From the NCBI RefSeq assembly GCF_035084215.1, contig NC_090370.1, forward strand, positions 6,820,001-6,884,000: 64,000 nt of DNA, written 5' to 3'. The position numbers and the translations under genes are program-made. The notes under the pieces are model-generated. The model had not been told where the DNA came from and ran no database searches. It worked only from the letters and a program-made list of their open reading frames with translations. How positions within the stretch are numbered: the stretch's first letter is position 1; every line of letters begins with the position of its first letter. Shown here piece by piece: positions 42,516-55,749 of this stretch. This DNA comes from Heptranchias perlo (taxonomy: Eukaryota).

Positions 42516-43917
42516 CTTCCTCATGGATGCCTCAGAAGAGGAAGATGCACAAAGGCAGCAGATTGAGCCGGTACGCGATGGCCCGCTACAGGAAGAGGCT
42601 CCAGGGGGGACATCCCTTTGCCGGTTACAACACATGTTTGACCCCAGCTAATCCGGGACACCTTTTCATGTCTACCTTTCCAAAACCACCAATGTGCAGA
42701 CATTGGTCTATCTGAGACCATTATCAGGATGACCATTTATGATACCTTTCCAAGGTTCTCCACTACCTAGCCAAAAACACTGCATACATAACTGATACCA
42801 CAAAGTTAACGGCGAAACATATGTGTGGCTCCCTACTCTTTTATTTCCTCTATGTTTTCCTTTGGTACCTGCAGTTGTGTGTCCTTTCAACCCTAATCTG
42901 CTTCTCCTCAGTGTTCCATGGTAGGAGAGTGTGAGGTGGTGAGATGCAGTCCTGGCCAACATTTAGTCCTCAACCAACATCACTAAAACAGATTATCTGG
43001 TCATTTATCACATTGCTGATATGTGCAAATTGGTTGCCTTGTTTGCTGACATAACTACAGTGACTATATCTCCATTGGTTATGTGTTGGGCAGATATCCT
43101 GCCCCAATGCACTTTGAGACCTGCAGTATCCATTCTCCCGCAGCACCTGGAAACTAAGATGGGGTCAGGGGCGCATCCTTGCAGGGGTGGAAATCCTGCT
43201 CTGTTGCAGTTCAACCTGGCATTACAGTCAAGTGGAAGTTCTAGGCTGTGAATTTATCTTTCACTCTTCGCATGTGTCTGTGCACTTAAATCCCATATAT
43301 TGATATTTATATTTGCTGTGTAATTATCTATATCTGAATAAAAGTGGCTTGTTTCCCTTCCCCCAACATGACAATCTAATTTGTACTTGACCTCATAAAA
43401 GTTATCAGCATGAAAAGGATAGTGCGGTTTCTTTTCAAATGTAGAAAGCAGGAAATAAATGAATCAGCTTGTAAATAATTTGGCTCACACTCAATCACTT
43501 CCCTCCTCCCCCACCACCATCACTACCTCACACACATTGCCATGGAAACAGGAGGTTGATAGAGCCAGATGCTGTTAAAGAAAAAGCCACTACATCCAAT
43601 AAATGGGCTTAGAGAAAAGACAATACGTCAGCAATTGGAAAAGATCCAACCTGCAGATTTGGGCTGTGGCCGCCTGAGAATTGGAGACTGCACTGCAGTA
43701 AGAGAGAGAAAAGAAAGGAATCTATAATAAACATATACCTGCAGTTATATGGCTGCTTGTCACATCGAAACATCTCAAATTTCACCAACTAATTTGTATT
43801 AAAAATTGAGACCCTTTAAATATTTATGTTGAATTAAGAAAGCAGCACAGAAGTGCTATCAGTCCCACAAGCTCTACAGCCACAAGCAGGGAGGTACTGA
43901 GGAAATATGGAATCATA

Positions 43918-44109
43918 GGGGCAGACCTTTGTCTTCACTGCCTGGATGGTGTGCAGAAAGAAAAATCTTCCGGGGAGGATTGCACACCCCTTACAGAACC
44001 CGCCTGATTTCCCGTCCCTCAATTTGCGATCCTCCCTGCCAGATTTTCCTTTCTGACCTCCGTCCAGGTGATGCTTAACCCCCAGGCGGTAAAGACCAAA
44101 ATCTACCCC
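43918..44109. mobile_element. MITE with ~28-bp imperfect TIRs, probably Harbinger type
   Basis: Left end GGGGCAGACCTTTGTCTTCACTGCCTGG versus reverse complement of the right end GGGGTAGATTTTGGTCTTTACCGCCTGG. 3-bp ATA on both flanks. Inserted in a CR1 tail. Confidence 0.7.
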
Positions 44110-46629
44110 ATAGAATATTACGGCACAGATGGGGGCCATTCGGCCCATCGTGCCTGTGGTGGATCTCTGAAAGAGCTACCCATTTTGTCCCGTTCCCTGG
44201 CTCTTTCCCCATACTCTTTTAAATGTTTCTATTTAAAATACGTGTCCATTTCTCTTTTAAACGCTGTTATGGATTCTGCTTCCACCATTGTTTCTGGTAA
44301 GGCATTCCATGGCCTTCTGCGTTTATAAAAAAAAACTCCTAACATTTCCCTTTGTTCTTTTGGTGATGATTTTAAATTTATGTCCTCTAATTACTGGCTC
44401 AGCGAACAGTGAAAATAGTTTTTTTCCCAACAAAAAAGTGCCAGGTTCAATCCCCTGGTCTGTGCTGAGTTAACTTATCTCAACCTGGGCAGTAGAGTTT
44501 GTACTCCAGGACCCCCTAAAAATTCCAGGATTGTGGATGTGATGCGACAGTTAGAATGAAGTTCACCAAATCACTAGGAAGAGCACTGCCTGGGCTGTCC
44601 TTAGTAACTGCTTGTAGAGCCAGAGCCAGAAATGAACACAGCAGGAAAGAAGCTTGGGTGAGTGAGGAAAGGAGAAACAACCAAAGGAAGACTCCAGTGA
44701 GAGTGAAAGTTGAGCAAGAGAGAAGGAGAGGAGTCAGAACTGAAGAGCTATTGCAGTATAGAGAGAGTGGAGAGAGGCCCACGTGAGGAAGTGACTGGGG
44801 GTGATAAAAAGGTGTCTTTAGTGAGGAGCGAGGGAGAGGACATAGGTGGAGCCAGAGTCTGAAAGCGTGATCATCAGTGGGCAGTGAGAGTAGGAGCCAG
44901 GGCATCGCTATACACACAATAGGATTCAGAAGCAAAAAAGACTGGTTTTTGGAGCGACTAGTTCAAACACTGATCAGATTGCACTTGCTCGATATTGTAA
45001 GGAGCTGTGGCAGTTCTATCTGGCAGTGAAATGAGAAGCTTGTAAACATTAAAGGAGGAGATGCAGAGGGACAGAGATCCTGATAACAGTATCCAAGTAA
45101 CAGTGAATCCGCAGCTCTCCCGGGATCCTGGGATTTTTAGGATTGAATACTGAATTCTGGACAATTTGGAAATGGCAAAATATAGTAGGGGTTCTGGTGA
45201 AAGGAATAGAACAGCAAACTCGGTATATGTGACAATTATTTTCTTTTGCTTGCAAAATCCCAGTAAGGAGCAGAAAGGGTTCTAGAAATGATGGATGTTT
45301 TCTTCTTTTATTTCTGAATGTAAAGTTAATTGGAAGCTCCTCCAATAGCTCAGTGGTTAAGTGCACTGGTGCAGTACTGAGCCAGACAGCAGGAAGGCCT
45401 CAGGCTCAATTCCTATGTTGAGCTAAATGATCTCAGCCAGGGTGGCAGTGGGGGTGGTGTATTTGGGCCTCAGCATCCTTGGATTAGGGAAGGGGGAAAT
45501 ACAGCCAAGGGTTCCCGCTCCTGATTACCAACAAGTGACCCTTGCTGGAAGTGTGTGTGTGAACTTCAGGGAAGGAAAAAATTGCCTGCCTGATACTCAC
45601 TGATGAGAGAATGCACATGAGCAGGAAATACAAATTAGAAAGGGAGGAGGACGGAAGAGGTGATTTGACTGTGAATTTGAGTTCTTATTATTCGTGTCTT
45701 GCAGTAAGAGGTGGGCCAGAAAACCACAATCATTTGCACATTTGCTGGTTTTTTGATCTTTACTCATGCCCATTACAAATCCAGCAGCCCAGAGATGGGC
45801 AGTAACAAGGACGGGCATGTTCAGAGAAGTATTTAGTAAATGAATAGGGTTCCGTAAGGGAGTTGTGCTTAGCCATTCCCTGTTTCAGCCAGGGAATGGC
45901 TAAGCACAACTCCATTTTATTAAAGATCTTGTCCTGAAGGACCCATGGGTGGAGTCCAGTTCCCAGAAGGATTCAGCCAGCAGCTGCGATGCCATCAATA
46001 ATTCAGCAGCTGCCAGTGTACTCGTTGAAAATGCACCATCAGAGAGGCAGGGAGGGGACAGAGCCAAGAATAAACTCCATTTTAGTGGATTCAATCCATT
46101 TTAATCCCTAACCCTATGTACTATATAGCAAAATAAATCTGAATTTATAGAATTTGATGCTGTCCTAAATTGAACTGCGCTGTAATAAAAGAGGCACATT
46201 ATTCCCTAATCCCCCTCAGAACAGAGTCTGCTGTTGCACAACCAGTTCAAAAGCAAATGGATTTCAATCAAGCAAGTGTGTGCTGGGTGAGATATAAAAT
46301 CAAATGTGTCACAGTGCGATTTGATACAGTCCAATGGATGATGTGAGACAAGGGCACTCTTTATTGTGAATGGAACTCTACACAGTATGACACGCTCTGA
46401 ATTGTATAGCCCGAATAAACAGAGTCGTTAACGCCCAGGTAGAATAACTGGCTCTGGTTTCATTTATTACTAGATTTTTAAAATAAAAAACAATCCTTCT
46501 CCTTTGAACATAATCTAAATCAGAGGCGTGTGTACCACCACAGAACCACCCAGCCACACCGTTTACCTCCCAGTCTCGGCATGTGGTAACCCCAACTGTC
46601 CCACCCTCCTCTCTTGCTGACCATCTCGT

Positions 46630-47915
46630 CGAGTGCACTCGCTGAGAGCTAACTTCACCAACCTCCTTCCTGTCCCACTCACCAGACCCACCAAGGCCCC
46701 CTTGGACTCTGCCAGCGGATCAACAAGCATTGCCCCTCTCCACATATCCCTCCAGAATGTCCATTCACTCATGAACAGGGCCCTTACCAACCATGACCTT
46801 ATTGTGGATGATTTCATTGACCTCCTGACTTTGACTGAAACTTGGCACACTGGTAACATCCTGAAGGTTCCCCGCCTGCCCCACCAAAACCACTGCAGAT
46901 CACACCTTGGTCTCTCCCCTTGCTCTTCCGGTACCTTCTCACTCTTCGAGCACCTCATCTTGTTCCATCCCTCTCATCTCTCCTTTAAAATCTTCATCTT
47001 CTGCTGCCCAAGCCCCAACCTGAGTTTCTCCCCGAGATATTCTCCCTCCATTTTTCCCTCAGCCTCTGCACTGAGCATCTCCTCATCCTCCGTGATTTCA
47101 AACTTCATCTCAGCACCCCTTGCCCTCCTTCCTCTGAATTCACTGCCCTTCTGTCCTCCCTCAACCTCTCTCTCCATATAAACTCTCCGAACGAGCTGAG
47201 CTTCCGACCTCATATCCTTTCCAACATAAAGACCGCCTTCTTTCACCTTCATAACATTGCCTGCCTTCACTCCTATCTCAACCCATCTCCTGATGAAATC
47301 CATGAAACCCTCATCCATGCCTTTGTCACCTCCAGACATGACTATTCCAATGCTCTCCTGGCCGGCCTCCCATCCTCCACCCTCCATAAACTTCCAGTTC
47401 ATCCAAAACTCTGCTGCCCATATTCTATCGCTCACCAAGTCTCTCTCATCCATCACCCTTGTTCTTGCTGACCTATATTGGCTCCTGGTCCTCCAATATA
47501 AAATTCTCATCCTTGTGTTCAAATCCTTGCAGAGCCTTGCCCTTCCCTATCTCTGTAATCTCCTCCAGCCCTACAACTCGCGCCCCTCCACCCCACCAAA
47601 ACTTTCCGTTCTTCCGACTCTGGCCTGTTGTGCATCCTCTCTCCCTTCGCCCCACCATTGGCGGCAGTGCCCTTCAGCCGTCTCTGCCCCACACTCTGGA
47701 ATTCCCACCCTGAGCCCCACTGCCTCTCCATGCCCCTCTCCTCCTATGCCCCTCCTTAAAACTCACCCCTTTGACCAAGTTTTTGGTAACCCCTCCCAAT
47801 ATCTCCTTCTTTGGCTCAACGTCCATTTTTGTCTAATTACACCTCTGTGAAATATCTTGGGATGTCTGTCTATATTAAAGGCGCTATATAAATGCAAGTT
47901 GCTGTTGTTGTTGAC
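46630..47915 (+). mobile_element. L2 LINE remnant with large internal deletions
   Basis: APE start (LQNVHSL...LTETW), RT C-terminus (QFIQNSAAHIL...YKILILVFKSL) and tail GGCGCTATATAAATGCAAGTTG(TTG)n. Confidence 0.8.
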
Positions 47916-48264
47916 CTTATTGCCGATTTTCTGAATGCCACGATAGGGTGGGAGACTCATTGCTATAATACCTATATTCTGAGAATTACTGCAGCAGATT
48001 TGCATTTCCAGCACTAACTTTAATTGCACTGAGCCAATGCCATCCGTGTCTCTCCAACCTCCCTATGGGACAACATACTGCAGAGATACTGGCTCACATC
48101 CTCCTGTATATCTGTACAATGGATCATCACAATGAAAACAAACCGCTGCAGGGCAGCTGTACTTCACACCATTTAAACCAATTATGAATGTCGAGACATT
48201 TCATAAAAGTTAAACATGAATTAAGCCAATGGATATTTAATGGGATTTCTGAGTAGGTTTCCAA

Positions 48265-48620
48265 CTCCCTATCTCTGTAACCTCTTCCAGCCCGACAACC
48301 CTCCGAGATCTTTGCGCCCCCTCTGATTCAGGCCTCTTGCGCATCCCCGATTTTAATCACTCCACCATTGGCGGCTGTGCCTTCAGGTGTCTAGGCCCTA
48401 AGCTCTAGAATTCCCTCTCTAAACCTCTCCGCCTCGCTACCTCTCTCTCCTCCTTTAAGATGCTCCTTAAAACCTACCTCTTTGACCAAGCTTTTGGTCA
48501 CCTGTCCTAATATGTGGCTCGGTGTCAAATTTGGATGATAATCACTCCTGTGAAGCGCCTTGGGATGTTTTACTACGTTAAAGGCGCCATATAAATGCAA
48601 GTTGTAGATGTTGTTGTTAC
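48265..48620 (+). mobile_element. L2 3' end
   Basis: Same L2 3' sequence as 27420-27700. Confidence 0.85.
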
Positions 48621-49021
48621 TGCTTTTGTTACTTAGAATCACCCTAGTCACTTAAGAAAACAAAACAGTGAGGCCTTAGCATCTGCCACTCAAGCTACAC
48701 TTGGTAGCAACAGTAATGAAAAGATAAACAGAAAGATTGTATAGAAATTGAGTTTGTTTTAACTCTAACTCCTGGTGTGGATGCGGGTCATTCATCTGAC
48801 ATCAAAATACAAAACAAACAAGGCTGACAAAATGATGCATTTTTTTCTGTTTCATACATTCCTGAGTTCATTGTACCACAAAGAATTCTAATTGTTATGT
48901 TCATGTTGGATGAAAAATTAAAGAAAGATTTTAATCATAAAGATTAGAATCAGAAGAACCTTTACTGCAGTACTTCCTCCCACCCAATCCTTCGTGCATA
49001 AAGAGCAGAGCCACTACAATC

Positions 49022-49480
49022 AGCTGTGGCTCAGTTGGTAGCACTCTCAGCAGAAGGTCATGGGTTGAAGCCCAACTCCAGAGACCTGAGCACAAATTCC
49101 AGACTGACACTCTACTGCAGTACTAAGGGAGTGCTGCACTGTCGGAGGTGCTGTCTTTCGGTTGTTACTTAGAATCACCCTAGTCACCGAAGCCCCGTCT
49201 GCCCTCTCAGGTGGACATAAAAGATCCCATGACATGATTTTGAAGAAGAGCAGGGGAGTTCTCCCTGTTGTCCTGGCTAATATTTATCCCTCAACCAACA
49301 CATTAAAAACAGATTATCTGGTTATAATCTCATTGCTGTTTGTGGGACCTTGCTGTGTGCAAATTGGCGACCGCGTTTCCTACATTACGACAGTGACTAC
49401 ACTTCAAAAGTACTTCATTAGCTCTAAAGCGCAGAGAGACATCCTGAGGTCATGAAACGTGCTATATAAATGCAAGTTCT
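49022..49480 (+). mobile_element. Deu-domain SINE
   Basis: Same family, full length, with an internal templated insertion. Confidence 0.8.
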
Positions 49481-50892
49481 CTCTCTCTATTTGTTACCTC
49501 TGGTGTTTAATGTCTTCCCTGCACTTCCTAGGAGGCCTACCATAACAAGCTCAAGTCTCAGAAATTCAATCAGCCAACATCAGCAGTGGTTTTGTCAATG
49601 AATGGTGCCATAGCCTGTGTTCGGATTCACTCTCTTTCCGGTACAGGTCGCCAATCGGGGAAACCAGCCACCAACCAATACTGAATGTTCAAACATTTGA
49701 TGCTTAGTGGATCAGCATCTGGATCCAAAAGGAAGCCAACCTGTGCTAACATTATGGAGCCACTCACTAACAGACCGAGAGACAGATTGAGAAAGATTCC
49801 AACTGGTCATTGTAATGGCTGATCGTACAGTTGCTATGCGCTCAGCTCACTGGCACTATTTGAAATTAGAGTTTGGATTAAATTGCCAGTAAGCAGGCCA
49901 CATGCCAACTGTACAAGCAGTGGTTACAGTAACCAGCTGGGACCTTTTACCACCTTTTCGCAGGTTGAGAGAGGCAGAAAACCAGCACTTTATAGGATAC
50001 TTGTGATTAAAAGTAATGCTTCATAGTATAATGCTGCTGTCACTATAAAACAGTGAATCCAACAACAGAAACTTGCATTTGTATAGGTTGATCCCTGGAG
50101 ACCAGCATCCATGAGGGCTCCCAGCGTCCACACTACTAAATCCATCTCCCTTCTTCTGACAGCAGACTTGTGGACCCAATTTTTCATGGTTCTCCTGCCA
50201 GGATAAGGGAGGTGGATTCAGCTGTGCGAATGCTGGCAATTCGTGCACAAATGCCCATCTCTCAGAATGCATATGAGACAAGCGTCAGCATAAAACGACT
50301 TAATTTTTCTTCTTGTCTGAAACTCTATAAAATACAGTTCCTCTGATGAACCAGGAAGCACCAACGTAAGTCAGCCTGCTGCTATAGGGCTTTCGTTGTT
50401 TGTAAAGTAAACCACAAAGCTCTTAGTCTTTTGCTTAGAAACTGGGAGAAACATGATGAGTGTGTGGGAGGTGTATGTGTGGGTACAGCAGTGACATTTC
50501 ATGCTCTCACATTCAAAGTGCAATGACTACATTTAGACAACAAATGTTGGCAGATATGGGGTTATTTCAGCTGGCAAATCAATAAGGGCATCATGCATTA
50601 ATTATTATGGTAACCCTATAGTCTCACAAGCCTCACACACTTTTTGTAACGTTAAACTCACAGTGTAGAAATCAAACTCATCTGGGGGCTGAATTTTATT
50701 GTCTGCATGTCATTGCACAATTGCCTGTGTGGGCTGCATACAGTATTCAGCCTCCCCCATTTGAGGTGATGCATTAGACATGCATGCTGTTACTAAGAAG
50801 AACATGGAGCAATAATAATATGGTACCTTAGACATCAACCTATTAACGTCTAGGGGCTCAGTCCCACAGTAACCTTTACACTGCTGAACTAC

Positions 50893-52418
50893 CCCAATAC
50901 GCCAACATTTTCATGCACAAGTTCGAGCAGGACTTCTTCACTGCACAGGACCTCCAACCAACGCTATACACCAGATACATCGACGACATTTTCTTCCTAT
51001 GGACCCACGGCGAAGAATCACTGAAAAGACTACACGATAACATCAACAAGTTCCATCCCACCATCAAACTCACCATGGACTACTCCTCAGAATCGGTTTC
51101 ATTCTTGGACACATGAATCTCCATCAAAGACGGGCACCTCAGCACCTCACTCTACCGCAAGCCCACGGACAACCTCACGATGCTCCACTTTTCCAGCTTC
51201 CACCCTAACCACATCAAAGAGGCCATCCCCTATGGACAGGCCCTGCGAATACACAGGATCTGCTCAGACGAGGAGGAACGCGATGGACACCTACAGACGC
51301 TGAAAGACGCCCTCGTAAGAACGGGATATGACGCTCGACTCGTCGATCGACAGTTCCGACGGGCCACAGCGAAAAATCGCATAGACCTCCTCAGAAGACA
51401 AACACGGGACGCAACCAACAGAGTACCCTTCGTCATCCAGTACTTCCCCGGAGCGGAGAAACTACGCCATTTTCTCTGCAGCCTTCAACATGTCATCGAT
51501 GACGACGAATACCTCGCTAAGGCCATCCCCACGCCTCCACTACCCACCTTCAAACAGCCACCCAACCTCAAACAGACCATCGTTCACAGCAAATTACCCA
51601 GCTTTCAGGAGAACAGTGTCCACGGCACCACACAACCCTGCCACGGCAACCTCTGCAAGACATGCCAGATCATCGACACGGATACCAACATCACACGAGA
51701 GGACACCACCCACCAGGTACATGGTTCATACTCCTGTGACTCGGCCAACGTTGTCTACCTCATACGTTGCAGGAAAGGATGCCCCGGAGCATGGTACATT
51801 GGCGAGACCATGCAGACACTGCAACAACGGATGAACGGACACCGCGCAACAATCGCCAGACAGGAGGGTTCCCTCCCAGTTGGGGAGCACTTCAGCAGTC
51901 AAGGACATTCAGCCACCGATCTTCGGGTAAGCGTTCTCCAAGGCGGCCTTTGAGACACACGACAACGCAAAATCGTCGAGCAGAAATTGATAGTCAAGTT
52001 CCGCACCCATGAGGACAGCCTCAACCGGGACCTTGGGTTCATGTCACGCTACACGTAACCCCACCAGCGGGAAAAAAAAGTTATCTGTTTTTAATACAAC
52101 TGGTCATTCTCTCTCTCTGCCTTTCGGGTCTCTTTCTCTCTCTGTCGTTGTAATCTGACCCATTGTGTATTCAGTATACTGGGATGTAATGTTTTCCGTG
52201 GCTAACCTGTCTGAACACCAACGACACCTTTGATTGCTGTGACCGTCTCCCAGCCTAATATATGATATGCGTTTTTAGAACCCTTCACTCACTCACCTGA
52301 CGAAGGAGGTAAGCTCCGAAAGCTTGTGATTTTCAAATAAAACTGTTGGACTATAACCTGGTGTTGTAAGATTGCTTACATTTGTCCACCCCAGTCCATC
52401 ACCGGCATCTCCACATCA
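50893..52418 (+). mobile_element. 5'-truncated Penelope-like element (RT C-terminus + GIY-YIG endonuclease + pLTR)
   Basis: PQYANIFM...RYIDDIF, SFLDT, YRKPT...HP and NVVYLIRC..WYIGET..RMNGH motifs, with few stops. Candidate TSD GAACTAC at 50886-50892 and 52419-52425. Confidence 0.93.
52293..52329 (+). ncRNA. Minimal type I hammerhead ribozyme motif in the Penelope pLTR
   Basis: UCAC-CUGACGA-A-GGAG(guaag)CUCC-GAAA-GC-UU-GUGA: core, stem I, stem II and palindromic AAGCUU at stem III. Confidence 0.8.
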
Positions 52419-52627
52419 GAACTACTGACATGTGGCGTGTAGTCACAGACAACTAGTGAATGTTTCTTTGAAGAAAAAGATGATCTGATGCATCTCAGCA
52501 GTCATTCAGGGTGTCTGATAGGACAATTCCATCCAAAACACATCTATGTGTGGTAGTGTTTGTGAGCGATCAACACTTGGCATTAAAATTGACTTTAGGT
52601 GTTATTACGGTGAATTAATCACAAAGA

Positions 52628-55369
52628 TTTTTTTTATTCATTCATGGGATATGGGTGTCGCTGGCAAGGCCAGCATTTATTGCCCATCCCTAACTGCCCT
52701 TGAGAAGGTGGTGGTGAGCCGCCTTCTTGAACCGCTGCAGTCCGTGTGGTGAAGGTTCTCCTACAGTGCTGTTAGGTAGGGAGTTCCAGGATTTTGACCC
52801 AGCGACAATGAAGGAACGGCGATATATTTCCAAGTCAGGATGGTGTGTGACTTGAGGGGAACGTGCAGGTGGTGGTGTTCCCATGTGCCTGCTGCCCTTG
52901 TCCTTCTAGGTGGTAGAGATCGCGGGTTTGGGAGGTGTTGTCGAAGAAGCCTTGGCAAGTTGCTGCAGTGCATCCTGTGGATGGCACACACTGCAGCCAC
53001 TGTGCGCCGGTGGTGAAGGGAGTGAATGTTTAGGGTGGTGGATGGGGTGCCAATCAAGCGGGCTGCTTTGTCCTGGATGGTGTCAAGCTTCTTGAGTGTT
53101 GTTGGAGCTGCACTCATCCAGGCAAGTGGAGAGTATTCCATCACACTCCTGACTTGTGCCTTGTAGGTTGAGGAGAGGCTTTGGGGAGTCAGGAGGCGAG
53201 TCACTCGCTGCAGAATACCCAGCCTCTGACCTGCTCTTGTAGCCACATTATCTATATGGCTGGTCCAGTTAAGTTTCTGGTCAATGGTGACCCCCAGGAT
53301 GTTGATGGTGGGGGATTTGGCGATGGTAATGCCGTTGAATGTCAAGGGGAGGTGGTTAGACTCTCTCTTGTTGGAGATGGCCATTGCCTGCCACTTGTCT
53401 GGTGTGAATGTTACTTGCCACTTATCAGCCCAAGCCTGGATGTTGTCCACGTCTTGCTGCATGCGGGCACGGACTGCTTCATTATCTGAGGGGTTGCGAA
53501 TGAAACTGAACACTGTGCAATCATCAGCGAACATCCCCGTTTCTGACCTTCTGATGGAGGGAAAGTCATTGATGAAGCAGCTGAAGATGGTTGGACCTAG
53601 GACACTGCCCTGAGGAACTCCTGCAGCAATGTCCTGGGGCTGAGATGACTGGCCTCCAACAACCACTACCAACTTCCTTTGTGCTACTGGAGAGTTTTCT
53701 CCCTGATTCCCATTGATTTCAATTTTACCAGGGCTCCTTGGTGCCACACTCGGTCAAATGCTGCCTTGATGTCAAGAGCAGTCACTCTCACCTCACCTCT
53801 GGAATTCAGCTCTTTTGTCCATGTTTGGACCAAGGCTGTAATGAGGTCTGGAGCCGAGTGGTCCTGGTGGAACCCAAACTGAGCATCAGTGAGCAGGTTA
53901 TTGGTGAGTAAGTGCCGCTTGATAGCACTGTCGACGACACCTTCCATCACTTTGCTGATGATTGAGATGATGATTGAGAGTAGACTGATGGGGCGGTAAT
54001 TGGCCGGATTGGATTTGTCCTGCTTTTTGTGGACAGGACATGCCTGGGCAATTTTCCACATTGTCGGGTAGATGCCAATGTTGTAGCTGTACTGGAACAG
54101 TTTGGCTAGAGGTGCGGCTAGTTCTGGAGCACAAGTCTTCAGCACTGCAGCTGGGATGTTGTCAGGGCCCATAGCCTTTGCTGTATCCAGTGCACTCAGC
54201 CGTTTCTCGATATCACGTGGAGTGAATCGAATTGGCTGAAGACTGGCTTCTGTGATGGTGGAGATATCGGGAGGAAGCCGGAACTGCGTCTCCACGAGGA
54301 CTGTGCGGTGGTCACTCCTACCAATGCTGTCATGGACAGATGCATCTGCGACAGGTAGATTGGTGAGGACGAGGTCAAGTAGGTTTTTCCCTCATGTTGG
54401 TTCACTCACCACCTGCCGCAGGCCCAGTCTGGCAGCTATGTCCTTCAGGACTCGGCCAGCTCGGTCAGTAGTGGTGCTACCGAGCCACTCTTGGTGATGG
54501 ACATTGAAGTCCCCCACCCAGAGTACATTCTGTGCCCTTGCTACCCTCAGTGCTTCCTCCAATTGCTGCTCAACATGGAGGAGGACTGATTCATCAGCTG
54601 AGGGAGGGCGATAGGTGGTAATCAGCAGGGGGTTTCCTTGCCCATGTTTGACGTGATGCCATAAGATTTCATGGGGTCCAGAGTCAATGTTGAGGACTCC
54701 CAGGGCCACTCCCTCCTGACTGTATATCACTGTACCGCCACCTCTGGTCGGTCTGTCCTGCCGGTGGGACAGGACATACCCAGGGATGGTGATGGAAGAG
54801 TCTGGGACGTTGGCTGAAAGATATGATTCTGTGAGTATGGCTATGTCAGGCTGTTGCTTGACTAGTCTGTGGGACAGCTTTCCCTATTTTGGCACAAGTC
54901 TCCAGATGTTAGTGAGGAGGACTTTGCAGGGTCGACTGGGCTTGGTTTGCCTTTGTCGTGTCCGGTGCCTAGTGGTCCGATGCCGGGTGGTCCGTCCGGT
55001 TTTATTCTTATTATGACTTTTTTTAAGTGAGATTGTACAACTGAGTGGCTTGCTAGGCCAGTTCAGAGGGCAATTAAGAATCAACCACATTGCTGTGGGT
55101 CTGGAGTCACATATAGGCCAGATCGGGTAAGGACGGCAGGTTTCCTTCCCTAAAGGACATTAGTGAACCAGATGGGTTTTTACAACAATCCGGTAGTTTC
55201 ATGGCCACCATTACTGATACTGGTTTTTTATTCCAGATTTAATTTTAATTTAATTAATTGAATTTAAATTCCCCAGCTGCCGTGGCGGGATTTGAACTCA
55301 TGACTCTGGATTATTAGTCCAGGCCTCTGGATTACTAGTCCAGTAACATAACCACTATGCTACCGTACC
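52628..55369 (-). mobile_element. Single-ORF APE-RT non-LTR retrotransposon (CR1/L2 supergroup) with tRNA-derived 5' head, internally deleted
   Basis: APE (YRPPS, VGDFNVHH, SDH) and RT (GPDNIP, YRPISLLS, LDIKAAFDRVWH, GVPQGSVLGP, FADD). 3' tail ATGAATGAATAAAAAAAA at 52628. A box TAGCATAGTGG and B box GTTCAAATCC at 55281-55369. Confidence 0.9.
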
Positions 55370-55749
55370 GTAAATTAGGAAACTGCGTTCCTATTTTGTT
55401 TTGTTTCTAAATCTGCAGTTGACCAGAGTAGGTGGATATTTATCCCTGGCCATATTTCCTTCCCTCCTTAGATGAAGTAGCTGGGATCAGCAAAACTAAG
55501 TCCCAGTGTTGAGACTAGGATTCAAATTCAGGTGTCCAAAAGAAGAGTCATATCAAGCTCATTAAAATCAAATCATATGACAATTTTAAACTGAGGATCA
55601 TTGATTATAATCAGTGCGTTTTACTTCTTTATTTTTGTTCTGCTTTTCTCCCCCTCATTTCCTGCAGGAACTGTCTCATTCTGAAGTATATTACCGCAGA
55701 CACTGGCAGACTTGCTCTACCTCATCCAAAGCACTTCTTCACATAAAGG

